Source: Eledone cirrhosa (taxonomy: Eukaryota). From it: 64,000 bases of DNA. The notes under the pieces were generated by a model. The model saw only the letters and a list, made by a program, of their open reading frames with translations. It searched no databases and was not told the DNA's origin. The DNA is taken from assembly GCA_964016885.1 (NCBI GenBank), contig OZ024741.1:89342001-89406000 (forward strand). Direction: 5' to 3'. Position numbers and translations under genes: made by a program. Position 1 is the first letter of the stretch. Each line of letters starts with the position of its first letter. Of the stretch, positions 28,591 through 42,807 are shown piece after piece.

Positions 28591-29997
28591 GAAATCAATG
28601 TCCATGCAGTCGTATCTGGTCATCTCTGGTAATATGCGGTTCCACATACATTTCTGGTTTACGTAGCTGTAAATACAAAGGCGGTTAATTTGGAAAAGTC
28701 GTTAGATCATTTAGATATTTGTTTCCCCTTTCTGCATTCTGAGTTCAAATCGTGTCGTGGTCAACTTTACCTTTTATCCTTTCGTGGTCGATAAAGAAAG
28801 TCCAGTGCTGCTGCAGCCTTCTCTCCTTCCAGCCGTCACATCCTGAATATTCCGCTGGTTCAAACCAGGAAGGTAGAGAGTATTCATGTCTACTCATGAT
28901 TGTACAAACACCTAAAACCCTTATCGAAAGATTGGTACTTACTACCAAGTCATACACAATTTCGAGTAATCGGTGTAGTTTTTTTTTAAATTTCATTCCA
29001 ACCTAAATTATGCAAATGTGTTGTAAAACTAAATTGTGGAGCCCCCCGTATTAAGTGAAATTGATGAGGTGCTGATATATCACAACTAATGTTTCATTTT
29101 ACAGCTGTTCTAAATATAAAACTCAGCACATTTTTACAACGACATCCTAAAAGACACAATCCTTCTCACGAACCAGCGAGAGAGCCTTTAACCAAGTAGA
29201 AATAACAGCCGTTTTCTAAATTTCCACACTATCGACATAAAAAAACCCTCAACATATTAGATAGTGTTGTCCTAGATACAGTATATTTGAAAATGGTCGA
29301 TATGGTCACTGTCTTCTTAATTAAATATGATCATGATTGGGGTGGGGTGGGGGACTCCTAAATGATTTCCAATATAGGCACATAGCCATCAATTTGAGGG
29401 GACGAGAAATGGATTATATCGACCTAGTATTTGACTAGTACTTTGTTTTATCGACCCCAGAAGGATGAAAGATGATGTTAACGGGATTTGAACTTGGATC
29501 GCAGATAGCCAGAAAGAATATTGCAAAACATGCTATCTGACGTTCTAACGACTCTACCAATCCACCGCCCTCCGAAGCATTCAGCTGTGTTACCTACCCC
29601 CCCCCCCCCCCCCCCACACACACACAGAAATAGCGATAGCACAAATAACTTCAAAACAGTCCCAAATATTGGGACGATGCATAGTGTTTGCCGTGATTGT
29701 TAAAACAAACTGCATGTGTGAACCCGTAACTCCTAGTGGAGTCGTAGTGGCACCGTCGAGACAGACGACGTTTTGGGGGCATTTTTTAAAACATGACGGG
29801 GGTCTATCGCCTCTCCACGTGTGTATATTAAAGTTATTTTTGTACAACCACAGGTCAATTCTCATTGAACAGGCCAATGTTCAAATGAATTGTTTTTCTT
29901 TTTAAGAGAATTTGCTTATTTCTAAGGACCTTTCGTTCACTGACAGACCGTTGTGGAATGTGCAGCGATAACGGCCATCTATTGCTTATAACAAACG

Positions 29998-31010
29998 CCT
30001 TCTTCCACTTATTCCTGAGATGGTTGTGGGGTCAGAATCCTCAAGCACGCCTTTCAGAGTGTCCTGTCAGAAGCAACCGTTTCCAATTGATCTGGTTGGA
30101 TCCTCAAGCGAGACCAGTCGAGATCATGGATATTATCCAACCGTTTCGCCCGGGGTTTATCTCTCGGTTTTCTGCCAGTTGATTTTATCCGTAAAATCTG
30201 TCCAGTGATTCTTTCATTAGACATTCTGATCATATGTCCTTAGTATCGGAGAAGTGATCTCTCAATTCAAAGAAGTAGCGGCTCTACCTGGAGCAACTCT
30301 CTGATCTCCGAACTACACACTCTATCGAGTAACGTTACTCCAAGGACCTTTTGGAGGAACCCCATTTCGGTCGCTTGTATTTGTGATTGTATTCTTTCAA
30401 TCATTACCCAAGATTCATTATCATATGTAAGAGTAGGCACGACTACTGAAATGAAGGTAGTGAGTTTGGTTTTTACATCTAGCCCCTTCTTCTGATGACC
30501 GAATGATGAAGTTGGCGCATTACTGCATCAGTTCTTGCAATTCGACGGACAGCTTCTTGTTGCTCTGCTGTCGCTATACGAATGCCCCAGTATTTGTGTT
30601 CGGATAAATGATGCAAAGTTGCAACCATTCAATGTGTGTGTCGGACTCTGCCAATGATGCGTACTGTTACCTCTTCTGTTCATAATCTTCATGAACAGGA
30701 TTGACATGCGCAGCCGGGTTGGAAGTGGTATCAAGACTGACGGATGTAGGATCAGTCGGCTAGAATTTGCAGGTGATATGGTATTACTTAACTCGTTAGA
30801 AGGGGATCTCCGACATGCACTTGATAGGTTTGATGCTAAGTGCTGCATAGCAGGAATAAAAACCAGTTCTGCGAAAACTGAGACATTCGTTCTCATAAGG
30901 AATCCTGGACAGTGCACTCTACATGTGAAAGGAGTTCCATTGAAGCAGGTAGAGGTTGAAGAATCTCGGAGTCGTGCTCATGTGTGATGGAAGGCTGGAG
31001 GTTGAATTAA
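29998..31010. mobile_element. RTE LINE with inverted 5' half
   Basis: The 3' part is on the minus strand (29998-~30544). The immediately upstream RT part (LEFAGDMVLL) is on the plus strand (~30545-31010). Confidence 0.85.
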
Positions 31011-31419
31011 GAGCTTTTTCTTTCTTAACTACCAAATTATTTTTTGTTTTATTTTCGGTAACTACAGATATAACCAAAGACGCTATTATCTGATTGGGTT
31101 ATTGGTTACATTTATCAAAAATGTGAGTGCCTGAACTTAGTAAAGAACAAAAATCGCAAAGAACTTCGTTCGCATCGAAAAGCACCGGCGGTTCAGTTAT
31201 AGTTTAAAAATGCATGATATAAAAATAGTAAGTGTTTAGTCGGTTGAATCAGCCTGTTTATAATTACTGGTATTAAATTTGTTGATTGATAGAATGTTGA
31301 TTGGTTAAAAATCAAACTCCGTTTTTTAATTACTCACTCACGGTATCTAGTATTAATAATTTGTTCATGAAAATGTTTCATCAAATAAATGTATGCTCAA
31401 TTGTTGGTTTTGAAGATCT

Positions 31420-31620
31420 ACAAGATGATTTGGAAGTTGAGCCACCCGAGGATTTGGGCTTTGAATCACCACACGATCTAGAATTTGAGTCACCAGATAA
31501 TTTGGAGCTTTGAGTCACCAGACGGTCTGGGCTTTGTGTCACCAGACAATTTGTAGCTTTGAGTCACCAGACGAACTAGAGGTTGCGTCATCAATCGATT
31601 TGGGCTTTGAATCACCAAAT
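31420..31620. repeat. Degenerate 24-bp tandem repeat (~8 units)
   Basis: Units resemble TTTGAGTCACCAGACGATCTGGGC. Confidence 0.8.
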
Positions 31621-31727
31621 AAGGCGTCTTTTAATAAAATTTAATAAATATCACTGGGATCTAACCTTCTATATATTTGCTTCTCCGAATAAGATCTTTT
31701 TAACGATCTCTTTTCATTAAGATGTTA

Positions 31728-31778
<51 letters not shown>

Positions 31779-33515
31779 CGGGCTTTCTCACATTTTCCGT
31801 TTACCAAATTCTATTCACAAAGTAGTTCTTAATATAAGTTTATAGCAGAAGACACTCCATGGTGCCATGTAGTGGGATCGAACTAGGAATCATTTGGATG
31901 AGTTACAAACTTCTTAACCAAACAACCATATTTGGCCTATCTGGTGCGGTTCATACTGTTTCTCTGAAGACGCGTGGATCACGATCGTAAGATGTTTAGT
32001 TCGATTCCATGCAGAGCATTATGTCCTTGAACACGACATATTTCACCCAGTTGACAAAAATGAGTTGTACTTATGATTCAAAGGATGACCTTGTCACACA
32101 GTGTGTTACACTGAATCTCTTTGAGAACTACGTTAAGGGTACACGTATCTGTGGAAAACTCCTGTTGGAGTTCTGGGGGTACCGTTGTGACATACGGAGT
32201 TTCTTGGCCATTTTAAACCTGGTGGAGCCCATCTCACCTAGTCTAAGCACAGCTGATTTCTTCCGGAAAAGGAGAGAGAGAGAGAGAATGTTTGTGTGAT
32301 AGAGAGAGAGAGATATATACGAAGAGTCGATCCTGGTACTGGACTGGTACTTTTTTTATCGGCTTCGAAAGATAAAAGGTAAAGTTGATCATGGTGGGAT
32401 TTGAACTTAGAGCTCTGACAGCCAGAACGAATAACGCAAAAACATTGAATCCGACGTTCTAACGACTCTTCCAAATCGCCGCCTTCCAAAATATTAACGA
32501 CTCTAAATAATTGGAGGGAACACGTTTGTTGAAAATATGTGACTATACTACTGCAGCAATCACAAAGAAATTCAAGTATATCAAGACAAAGGTATTAATT
32601 TCTTTTGACGATGCAAACAGACAATTTTGTTAAAGAATAAAAGACCAACGGCGTTTTTAAATCATATCCAAATTGCACACAAGCTGTCTTAATCAGATTT
32701 TCTAGGATCATTGGCAATCCAATATGATAATCGCTGACAAGCAAGTGATGGATGAGAGAATATGAGGCTGTGTTGAACAACGTTTGATTAATATATCAGT
32801 AATCAGTGGGGCAATACAATGTTGCACGATAAAGAGGATTTTTATTCCGCCCGTCATTCATAATTACCAGACAGACAGACAGACATTTCGAAACTAAGTC
32901 AATTATCCTGTTACTGAATAAAGAGAACCCAGCAATCATCTCCTACACTATAAAACGCTGATAGTAAATATTCTAAGAAAATAACCAATAACCACGCTGT
33001 GTTTTTGTCTGTTCTGGCACAAAAGCAACTCCTATTATTTCTATCAAGGAAATCATGTCTCTATAACAAAGACTATTGATGTTAGACAAGATTTTTTCTT
33101 TTACGGTCTCAAAGTTTAATAATAATTCACTGGAGCCAAGAAACAATTTAACCTTTTTCATACCAAATCAACTGAAACTGCCCCTGGTTCTACGATATTT
33201 AAGCTATATATTTTAAAGTGATTATATTTATTTAAAAGCCTTCCATCATAATTTTATGTAAAAATCCTTTAAAGTTATGAATAACAGCTTAATAAGGAAA
33301 AAGTGTGCAAATTCTTGATTACTTTTAAAATGATTTGAAAATAATAGGCTGCGGCTTTCATTAAAAATAGGGTAATGAAATGGTTAAACTAGTAAAATCA
33401 TATTCACCTGAATCCTGAATGAAATCTGTTCGTATCTTACAATAAATAAGAATTGAACCACAAAAAAGACAGATAATCCAACTATCAACGTTCTTTACAT
33501 TATGCAGATTTTGGA

Positions 33516-33716
33516 GGGCGGTAGATTGGCAGTATCGGTAGAGCGTCGGACATGTTTTGCGACTTATAATTAGGCTCCTTTACGTTCTCTCGAGGGTAGT
33601 TTTGCCTTTTATCCTTACGGGGTCGATAAAATAAAGTACCAGTAACGCACTGTCGTTGATTCAATGGACTTTCTCCTTCCCTTCAAATTGCTGGTCTTGA
33701 TCCAAATGTAGAAATA
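33516..33716 (+). mobile_element. tRNA-derived SINE
   Basis: GGCGGTAGATTGGCAGTATCGGTAGAGCGTCGGAC head plus the central domain. Confidence 0.85.
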
Positions 33717-34630
33717 GTTACTCAGATTTTGGACATTGTAAAGCTATGCAAATCTTACGACAGATGAATGATACGTCCTATAATGGAGTTGACAATAAAT
33801 CTAGAGTAAATAAAGATAATTACACCAGTATTTAGAATGATATATGATACATCTGGATACACATTAATTCAACATCCTATAATGCCTTCGCATACTAACA
33901 TTAGCACCGATGTTTGTGGTACATGATTGACAGATAGAAGAAATCCCGTGAAGACTGATACAGATAACCGCTATCAATGTCTTTATCAACACAGAAAATA
34001 CTGATTTCTAATTTAGGTACAAATTTGGGGAAGAGTAAAGTTGATTAAATCAACACCAGTACTTAACTGGTATTTTGTTTTATCGACACCCGGAAGGATG
34101 AAAGGCAAAGTTTATCTCGGAGGGATTTGAACTCAGAATGTACAGAGCCATAACAAATACCGCAATGGCATTTTATCCGACGCTCTACTAATTCTGCTAA
34201 TTCTGGAATACAAAGCGAAGAAATGTAAGCTCAAACCAAACAGATATGGAGTGTTGCTTGACGTACTTCAGATACAATGTGCTGGAGAATAACACCAGAA
34301 AGTAAAATATATAACACATGCAGCAGAAATAACATCACCAACAACAGTACCCCCCCCCCCCCCACACACACACACACTTTGCCTTTTATCCTTTCGAGGT
34401 TGATAAAAAAGTACCAGTCAAGTACTGGGGTCGATTCTCTATATATCTATTTTTTCTCTTTCTCTCTATCACTCATTCTCCCGTACCTTCTCTGGAAGAA
34501 ATCGGCTGTGTTCAAACCTGGAGAAGGTATGGGCTCTGACAGGTTTAAAAAATGCCTAAGAAACACCGTTATTACTATAGCGTCCTCACAACGTCATCAA
34601 GAGTTACTGGTCCATACATACAAGGTTATA

Positions 34631-35164
34631 CAGGGTGGGTGGAAAGAAACTCTCTATTGAAAATTACTCATAACTTTTGGTCTAGTGTGACCACTTGGGA
34701 CAACACCAATGATCTCATATTCATGCAAGATGAGGGCCCTCTCTTATTTTGCAGACACTGTCCGTGAGTGGCTTGATATCTAATTTCCAGGACGTTGACT
34801 GGGTCGTCAAGGTCCACATGAATGACTAGCAAGAAGCCATGATTTAACGGCATGCGATTTTTTCCTGTTGGGTGGGCGAAGGAAGAAGTTTATAGTTCAA
34901 AATCAAAAACTTTGACACAGTTGGAGAAACGCATTCGTCATGTGCAGATCAACTGCCTGAATTCCTGATGAAATCAGTCGAGGATATATCCAAACCATTA
35001 CAACATTAGCAGGTGCTTATATAGAATTTTAACACTGTACTGTACTTTTACCATTATACTATTTTAAATAAAGCATGTTTTTTGAAAATAGACCAATAAT
35101 TACTAAGTATAATTAATGAAGTTATTAACAATTTTAAATAGGGAGTTTCTTTCCACTCACCCTG
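34631..35164 (+). mobile_element. Internally deleted Tc1/mariner (maT/DD37D-like) element
   Basis: TA|CAGGGTGGGTGGAAAGAAACTC and GAGTTTCTTTCCACTCACCCTG|TA form TIRs. Remnant motifs IFMQD, VREWLD, FPGR, DFFL and GWAKEEVY. Confidence 0.85.
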
Positions 35165-35198
35165 TATATTACGGTCGTGATAAATACTAACATTATTT

Positions 35199-35379
35199 CG
35201 GATTGGCAGTATCGGTAGAGGGTCGGACGCCATGCTTTGACGCATAGAGTTACGGCCCTTGCCATTCTGAGTTCAAATCCCGCCGAGGTTAACTTTGCCT
35301 TTCATCCTTATGGGGTCGATAAAATAAAGTACCAGTCATACACTGGGTAATTGTTGGCCTTGTGCCAAAAGTAGAAACA
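35199..35379 (+). mobile_element. tRNA-derived SINE
   Basis: A box, B box GAGTTCAAATCCC and central domain. Confidence 0.88.
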
Positions 35380-36191
35380 TTTATTTCATTGTTAGAGCTT
35401 CATTGAACTGGTTTTTACCGACACAGACCACAGCTATTGTTTAACATTGTTTATTACCCTATAATGTGGATAATTACATCAATATATTAAAAAAAGAAAA
35501 CCTAAAGCCGCTTATACCGGGATTAACACTTTGAGCTATGTGCCTTCACTAAGCCTAAATATAAAAAAAGTCACTAAATATTCCACGAACAAATGTGATA
35601 GAAAAGCCTCTATGACAGTACTTAGTGATAATACGTTAGTTGGTGGAAGATGACAAATTGAACACATGTAATCAGCTGGAATGGGCCTTCATCCGTTTCG
35701 ACGATGGATGTTGTAATTGTTCGATTAACGGAACAGCCAGTTCATGAAATTAACGTATAAGTGGCTGAGCATTCCACAGACACGTTTACCCGTAACGAAA
35801 TTTTCAGGGAGATTCTCTGTGACGCAGTACACTGACCCTTTGAATTACAGGTATAGCCCATCCGACGGACTTCTAAACAGTTTCTGTCTACCCAATTTTA
35901 CTCACAAGACATGCGTCGACTCGAGCATATAGTAAATGATACTTGCCCACTTACACGTTAATTTCATGAGTAGGCTGGTTCTGTTGACAGAAGAATTGTA
36001 ACACTCACCGTCAAAAGTGACGGAGGTCGATCGATTTTGCTGACAAACAAAACAAAAAAGAAATATTAATTTATGAATCTATCAACTTAATGTTTTGTTT
36101 TGTGAAGCAATACACTATGCTACCAGATGTGAAACAGTTTAAATATAATAGTTACAACGCACCTTAGTTTTTTAATATTATTATTATTATT

Positions 36192-36730
36192 CGATAAAAT
36201 AAAGTACCAGTAATGTACTAGGTATTTGCTGGCCTTGTGCCAACAGAGGAAACAATTATTATTATTAGGGCGGTGGGTTGGCAGTATCGGTAGAGAGTCG
36301 GACGCCATGCTTTGCAGCATAGAGTTACTGCTCTTTACGGTCTGAGTTCAAATCCCGCTGAGGTTAGCTTTGCCTTTCATCCTTAAGGGATCGATAAAAT
36401 AAAGTACCAGTAATGTACTAGGTCGATTTAATCGACTTTTCCCTCCCCCCATATTGCTGGCCTTGTGCCTATACTAAAAATCATTATTATTATTATCAGG
36501 GTGATGGATTGGCAATATCGGTAGAGCGTCGGACAACATGCTTTATGGCATTGGGTTAGGGTACTTTACGGTCTGAGTTCAAATCCCGCCAAGGTTAGCT
36601 TTGCCTTTCACCCTTACGGGATCGATAAAATAAAGCACCAGTAATTCTCTGGGGTCCATTTTAATCGACTTTCCCCTCCCCTAAAATAAATGGCCTTGTG
36701 CCTATAGTAGAAATCATCATCATTATTATT
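36192..36730 (+). mobile_element. Head-to-tail SINE array (one partial and two full copies) separated by (ATT)n tails
   Basis: Copies at 36192-36255, 36268-36480 and 36499-36714. Confidence 0.88.
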
Positions 36731-37159
36731 ATTAAAATAGTCAAACAAGGAGGGCCCGCAGATGGTAAAAAGTGGACAGCGTTTGTTTGACTGTTTTCTT
36801 AGTAAAATAAATAAATGAAATAAAAAACGTGCGTTGTATCTAGCTATTAACAGGTTCGTAACTCGTCCACCACTTCTAAAAAATAAAGAGAAAGGAGGAG
36901 TTTAGAACTGATAACTTTGCTAAATTAGATAAATTATTGTATAGAAATAAATGAGTTTATCGCTCTGTTAAGTAAAATTATTAGAATAATAACCTTAACT
37001 AAAATATTAGGAATTTAATTAAATTACAACCAGTATTTTGGACAAGATGAGAATGTCAGGTATGACGAACCAGTTAACAAGGAAAGAAAAGGTGCCGATC
37101 GTTAGATCGGACCAAGGAAACAATATTTCCATTGGTTTTTCCATTGCTGATATCATTTG

Positions 37160-37293
37160 CCGGGCGCAACTCTTGGAAGAACGGGCAATGTGAAATGAAA
37201 TATTTTGCTCAAGAACACAACACACTGCCCGGTCAAGGAATTGTACCCACGACCTTATGATCGGGAGTCCAACACGCTAACCACTAGGCCACA
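37160..37293 (-). mobile_element. Second tRNA-derived SINE family (head)
   Basis: Minus strand reads GTGGCCTAGTGGTTAGCGTGTTGGACTC..GTGTTGTGTTCTTGAGCAA. Confidence 0.65.
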
Positions 37294-37781
37294 TATATTC
37301 ACAAAGGAACAGGTAATAAATGAATACACCAAGAGAGGAAAGGCGGTGAAATAGCAGAGTTGTTAGAATGTCGCATAGAACGTTTGCAGTATTCGTTTCG
37401 GCACCTGCGCTCTCAGTTCAAATCCTGTTGAGATCAACCTTGCCTTTTATCCTGTCAAGATCAGTGAAATAACATCTCTCTCTCTGGAAGAAATCGGTTA
37501 TGTTCGAACCCTCAGGTTTAAAATGTTCAAGAAAGGTATTTCACTACGACTCCATCGATCGATCGATCCATCCATCGAGCCATCCATCCATCCATACATA
37601 CATGATCTTTAAAGCGATGAAATACCAATGAAGGCTGGAAGATCACTGATGAAGGACTTATTTTATTCATACATACATACATACAAGAGAGTACAGAAAA
37701 TATGGTCATCAGAAATTTCAACACAAGCACATCGCAGAGATCTTAACATTGTGTGTGTGTGCGTAGAAGCCATTTCTATAT

Positions 37782-37824
<43 letters not shown>

Positions 37825-38064
37825 CGAAGGAAATGTGGTAAGGAACCAGGTGGACCATAACGCACCAAAGTACTCAATACTTAGGGCAGTAGAGTGGATA
37901 ATAGGAACGAGTAGGACCCCGACGGCTGAGCTCAAGCCGTTTCGACGGCTAATTCTGGACTATATATATATATATATGGACTATATATATATATATATAT
38001 ATATATACATGAAACGCACATCCCTGGGCCGTTAGCTCCATATAATATATATATTATATTATAA

Positions 38065-38250
38065 TTGTTTCTATTTTAGGCACAAGGCCAGTAATTACTC
38101 ACTACATTACTGGTACTTTATTTTATCGACCCCGTAAGGATGAAAGGCAAAGTTAACCTCGGCGTGATTTGAACTCAGATCATAAAGGAACGCAACTCTA
38201 TGCTTCAAAGCATGGTGTCCGACTCTCTACTGATACTGCCAATCCACCAC
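38065..38250 (-). mobile_element. tRNA-derived SINE
   Basis: Reverse complement of the common SINE. Further minus-strand copies at ~29370-29570, 32320-32487, 34005-34200, 39292-39430, 57475-57660, 61115-61330 and 61595-61771. Confidence 0.85.
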
Positions 38251-38309
38251 CCTGGATATATATATTATATTATAATTGTTTCTACTTTTGCCACTGAGAG
38301 AAAGGCAGA

Positions 38310-38500
38310 GCTTGGACGAGCTGGGTTTAAGAGGAATCCGGGATGGTGTGCAGGAGAGAGAAGACTGCGTTGGTATGGACAGGTGATACGCTTGAACAAT
38401 GAAATGCCAGGAAATCCCAGTGAAAGGATGCCGCATTAGAGGACGACCAAGAAAGACCTGGGAAGAAGTTGTGAGTGCTGACCTCAAATCGTTAAAACTG
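38310..38500 (+). mobile_element. RTE LINE 3' fragment
   Basis: ERRLRWYGQVIR and RGRPRKTWEEVV. Confidence 0.8.
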
Positions 38501-38988
38501 GCAGAGTTGTTGGTTGTTGGCCTAGTAGCGCGCGAGAGAGAGAGAGAGAGAGAGACCCAAAGGGGTCTGTGCGAGATAGAGGACTACATCTTAACTGCTC
38601 GGAATTAACTCGGCTCTTTGACTCTGGGAGCCGGCAATTTATCAATAGAACAAGATGGCCGTTTGATATGTCAAAATCTCAGACATATTGGCGACTAAAA
38701 CCCGATTCACAATGGAAACTTATCTATGAGGCCATCAAAGATCAACTTAATGGTGTGAAAGAAACTCCATTGAAGAGAGTATCAAATTAGTGTTACACTA
38801 AAGGTAAAGTTGATTTTGGCGGAATTTAAACTCAGAGCATAGAGAACCGGAACGAATAGCACAAGGCTTTTTCAATTAGCCGGCTTATTTGGTAAATGTA
38901 TGTAAAAGTAATAACAAAAATACAAAATAAACGTCACAGTACATGGAAGAAATATATTAGTTTAACGCTTGAAATAGCAGGAAGAGAG

Positions 38989-39023
38989 TCTTAACGTTTC
39001 GGATACTAGTTCTTCATCAGAGG
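38989..39023 (-). ncRNA. Minimal hammerhead ribozyme motif (degenerate)
   Basis: Minus strand reads CCT CTGATGA AGAACTAGTATCC GAAACGTTA AGA. Same ~150-bp family as 54779. Confidence 0.55.
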
Positions 39024-40211
39024 ATAGAGTTAGAAATAGAAGATAAATAGAAAGTAAAGAATGATGAGAGGAAGGAACGGAGAAAATGAGAAGAAAAAAT
39101 GGGGGAGAAAAAAAAAACACGTGCGTATTCAGTGAACACTCCTTACATAAAAGTAAATAAACTGATGTAGAGATCTGTTCACCCCAACGTCAAACTAACA
39201 GGGCCTTTAACAGATATTGTAGCATGGCAGGCAGAACAAATTTTCCATAAAAAAAAAAATAGAAAAAAAGATTGTAATTTGCAAATAATTGTTTCAACTA
39301 TTGGCACAAGGCCAGCAAATACCCAGTACATTACTGGTACTTTATTTTATCGACCCTGTAAGGATGAAAGGCAAAGTTAACCTCGGCGGGATTTGAACTC
39401 AGAATGGCAAGGGCCGTAACTCTATGCGTCAAATTGCAAATAATACAAGATACAATAGTCCTCTTACACAGTCTGTACTTAGATTTACAGCTGCTTTCTA
39501 CTACAAAGCTTTCAATGAAAATCAGAACTATAGTAAACTTATTCGGCTTATACACACTTGCTTATAAAGACATACTTATGTGCACACACACACACAATGC
39601 ACACACAAATATATATATACACTCACACACACACACATATATATATTTATACATATATACAGTACAGACATATATATATACACAGTATATATATATACGT
39701 TCATACAGGACTGGATTAAGGTCAACTGATGCTCTAAGCATAGTCCAACAATAGCATCCCCTCGACCCTACTATTATCTAAGTTACATGATATTAAGACA
39801 TAAGTGTTGAATGTGAAATGATAGATTAATCCTCTCATTACCATATTTATGATGAGATATGCTACCTATGTTTTTTTATTAATTTTGAAAAATAAATTGA
39901 TGGATTTAGTAACATAATTAACCTTCTTGTTTGTAAACTAGTGTTTGACATGTAATAAAATATTCTGAGATAAAAATATAATGGATAACTGAAGAACACA
40001 AAAATGTCACCCGATCCAGGAATCGAACCTATAACCTTATAGTCGTTAGTTCAACACCGTAGCATCTCCAAGATTGGCCATTTTCTTCAGAGTTAGAAAG
40101 TACTTCAATTACTTAGTCTCTACAAAGCTCGGGTGAAACCCTCAATGTGCTACTAATCCCACATCTATGACGGTGCTGCACACATGCGCGCGCACACACA
40201 CACATATATAT

Positions 40212-41428
40212 ACGGCGGGTACATAATAATTTCCGTTTTTTTTATTAGCTACGCCTGAAGAGAGAGACAGGGAACATCACAGGTGTTTCGCTTAAAGTCG
40301 GCGCATGCACGAAAAACTATTGCAGGGAGAGGATTCAAGGGGCTGACGACAGATAAATTAAGTACCAGCCTGAAAAAAGTACTGCGGTCAATGTGATAGG
40401 GCCCCCTTCAAATTATACCCTATGTCCCTCCACACACAGCTCATTGGTCCTTCCACTGTTCAAAATACGCCTAGAATGCTTCTTCCGGAATGGCACTCCG
40501 CACCGCCATCACAGTAGCATGATGTCCTTTCAGTGGCACTTTCACTTTAGGGAACAGTCAGAAGTTATATGAAACCATGCCTGGAAAGTAGGGAGCCTGA
40601 TAAATGGGTGAATTACCTTCCTTTGCCAAGAAACCTTCGATCAGCTACAGCGAATGAGCAAGGGCGTTGTCATGATGTAGCTGTCAGCTTTACGATAATA
40701 CTTCCTGATAATGCTCATTTGTAACTGTTTGTCCTCCTGGTATGCATTCATGATGCACAACCCCTCTATAGTCGAAGAAAGCAGTCAGCATCACCTTCAT
40801 TTTCCTCCGCATCTGATGTGCCATGTTGGATGTGTTGACTGAGCTTCAGATACAGGGTTGTACTCGCACACATACGTTTCATCTCCAGTTAACACAGTAT
40901 TCAGAAACTCAGGATCCTTGTTAGCAATATCCTTACGGAAACCCAAGACGAAGTTGTTCATGTTCCTGAGAAAGCAGCTTGGGCACATATTTTGCTGCCA
41001 TTCTACACGTGCTCAAATACTCCGTTAAAATTCCATATGCGAATCTTTATTGATCCTAAAATAATTAGCGACTTTTTTGCATCGTCAAACGAGGATCCTC
41101 CATTATCAAGGTCACCACAGTGGAGCTGGCCACTTTCCGCCGATGTGTGGCCATCTTTGAATCTACTGTACAATTCTTATATTTGGATAACAACTGTGGT
41201 ATTATAAACCAAAATCCTGTTGAATTTCGCAAATTGTTTCCGCTTGGATATCTTCAAGCTTTTGATGCAAGATCGTTGCTCCACACGGGGAAAATGAAAA
41301 TGCGATGAGTAAGTAGTACACTAACTGACGTATTTAGCGAGTTCGCCACAAGCCACGCATGCGCATGAATGTAAGCGGTTCCACTCAGCATACTTTCGGT
41401 TTACTCGATACTTTTTCGATAAGCCTCG
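40212..41428 (-). mobile_element. Decayed mariner transposon
   Basis: FLNTVLTGDETYVCEYNP motif; TACG..G / CCTCGTA termini about 1.2 kb apart. Confidence 0.75.
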
Positions 41429-41769
41429 TATATGTAACAGCATGGTGTCTGAAGATTACCATGTTCAAAACTGAAATTACTGACACCACTTTTTTTTTTT
41501 TTTTCTTAAATAAAACTTACTAGCTGACTCCGTATTAAATCCACGGTTTGATTAGAAACAACCAAGTATTAAAGATCAATATGGCATTTTAATTGTTTAT
41601 TTTAAAATCATATAAATACTATATGTATATGTATATATAAATGTATATGTATATATGTATATATAATTACTATATGTATCTGTATATATATATATATATA
41701 TAGACATACATACATATATATATATATGCATGTGTATTTATATATATATATATATATATAGACATACAT

Positions 41770-41825
<56 letters not shown>

Positions 41826-41838
41826 GCACACACACATA

Positions 41839-41912
<74 letters not shown>

Positions 41913-41915
41913 TAC

Positions 41916-41974
<59 letters not shown>

Positions 41975-42280
41975 CGTATGTATGTATGCATGTATGCATG
42001 TATGTATGTATATGTGTATTTTATGTTTGGATGTATCACTTGAAGCGAGAAACTTCTCCCGTCTGTCAACACCAGCTGTTTGGTCAAGTTAGTAGGTCGG
42101 TAACTGCTAATTAAAAATGTCAGTGAAAATAACTAAATGGTCATACATACATACATACATACATACATACATACATACATACATACATACATACATACAT
42201 ACATACATTCTTGCATAAATATATACATACATACATTCATACATTCATACATGCATAAATGCATACATGCATGCATGCAT

Positions 42281-42337
<57 letters not shown>

Positions 42338-42760
42338 CAACACATTTCTCTCAGTCTTCTTAAGTATTTTGAAGTGAAACTTACCAATTTCTGGATACCT
42401 GCAGAACAGCACAGGAATGGGAACTTTCACTTAATTGTTGCGAAACAAATTTAAAATTTAAAATTTAAAATTTGAACAGGTATCACGGCTATTGCCAATA
42501 TAGGTTTGTTTTTATTCATTTAGTATTTTAAATCGAGACAGGCAAACCGTATTATTTTAATTAGTATTTTTCAATCTAGCTAACTTGGTCATTTGCAATA
42601 CAAACACTGATATACTCGTATCAGTGTTTATCCCTATCATATATTCATTGGTATTACACGGCTCAGAATTATTCCTTTCTTTGAGCTATTTAATTGTAAA
42701 ATACTATTTTATAGTTTATAACTCTATATAAAAAATATATATATCATATATATATATATA

Positions 42761-42807
<47 letters not shown>

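Noticed and set aside
37643-37670. CTGATGAAGGAC core
   Set aside because: No GAAA or stems follow; it runs into (CATA)n.
40005-40070. tRNA gene (minus strand, B-box GGTTCGATTCC)
   Set aside because: No complete cloverleaf; it looks like a decayed SINE head.
41443-41488. GGTGT-CTGAAGA..GAAA..ACACC hammerhead-like string
   Set aside because: Stem I pairs, but there is no stem II or valid stem III and cleavage triplet.
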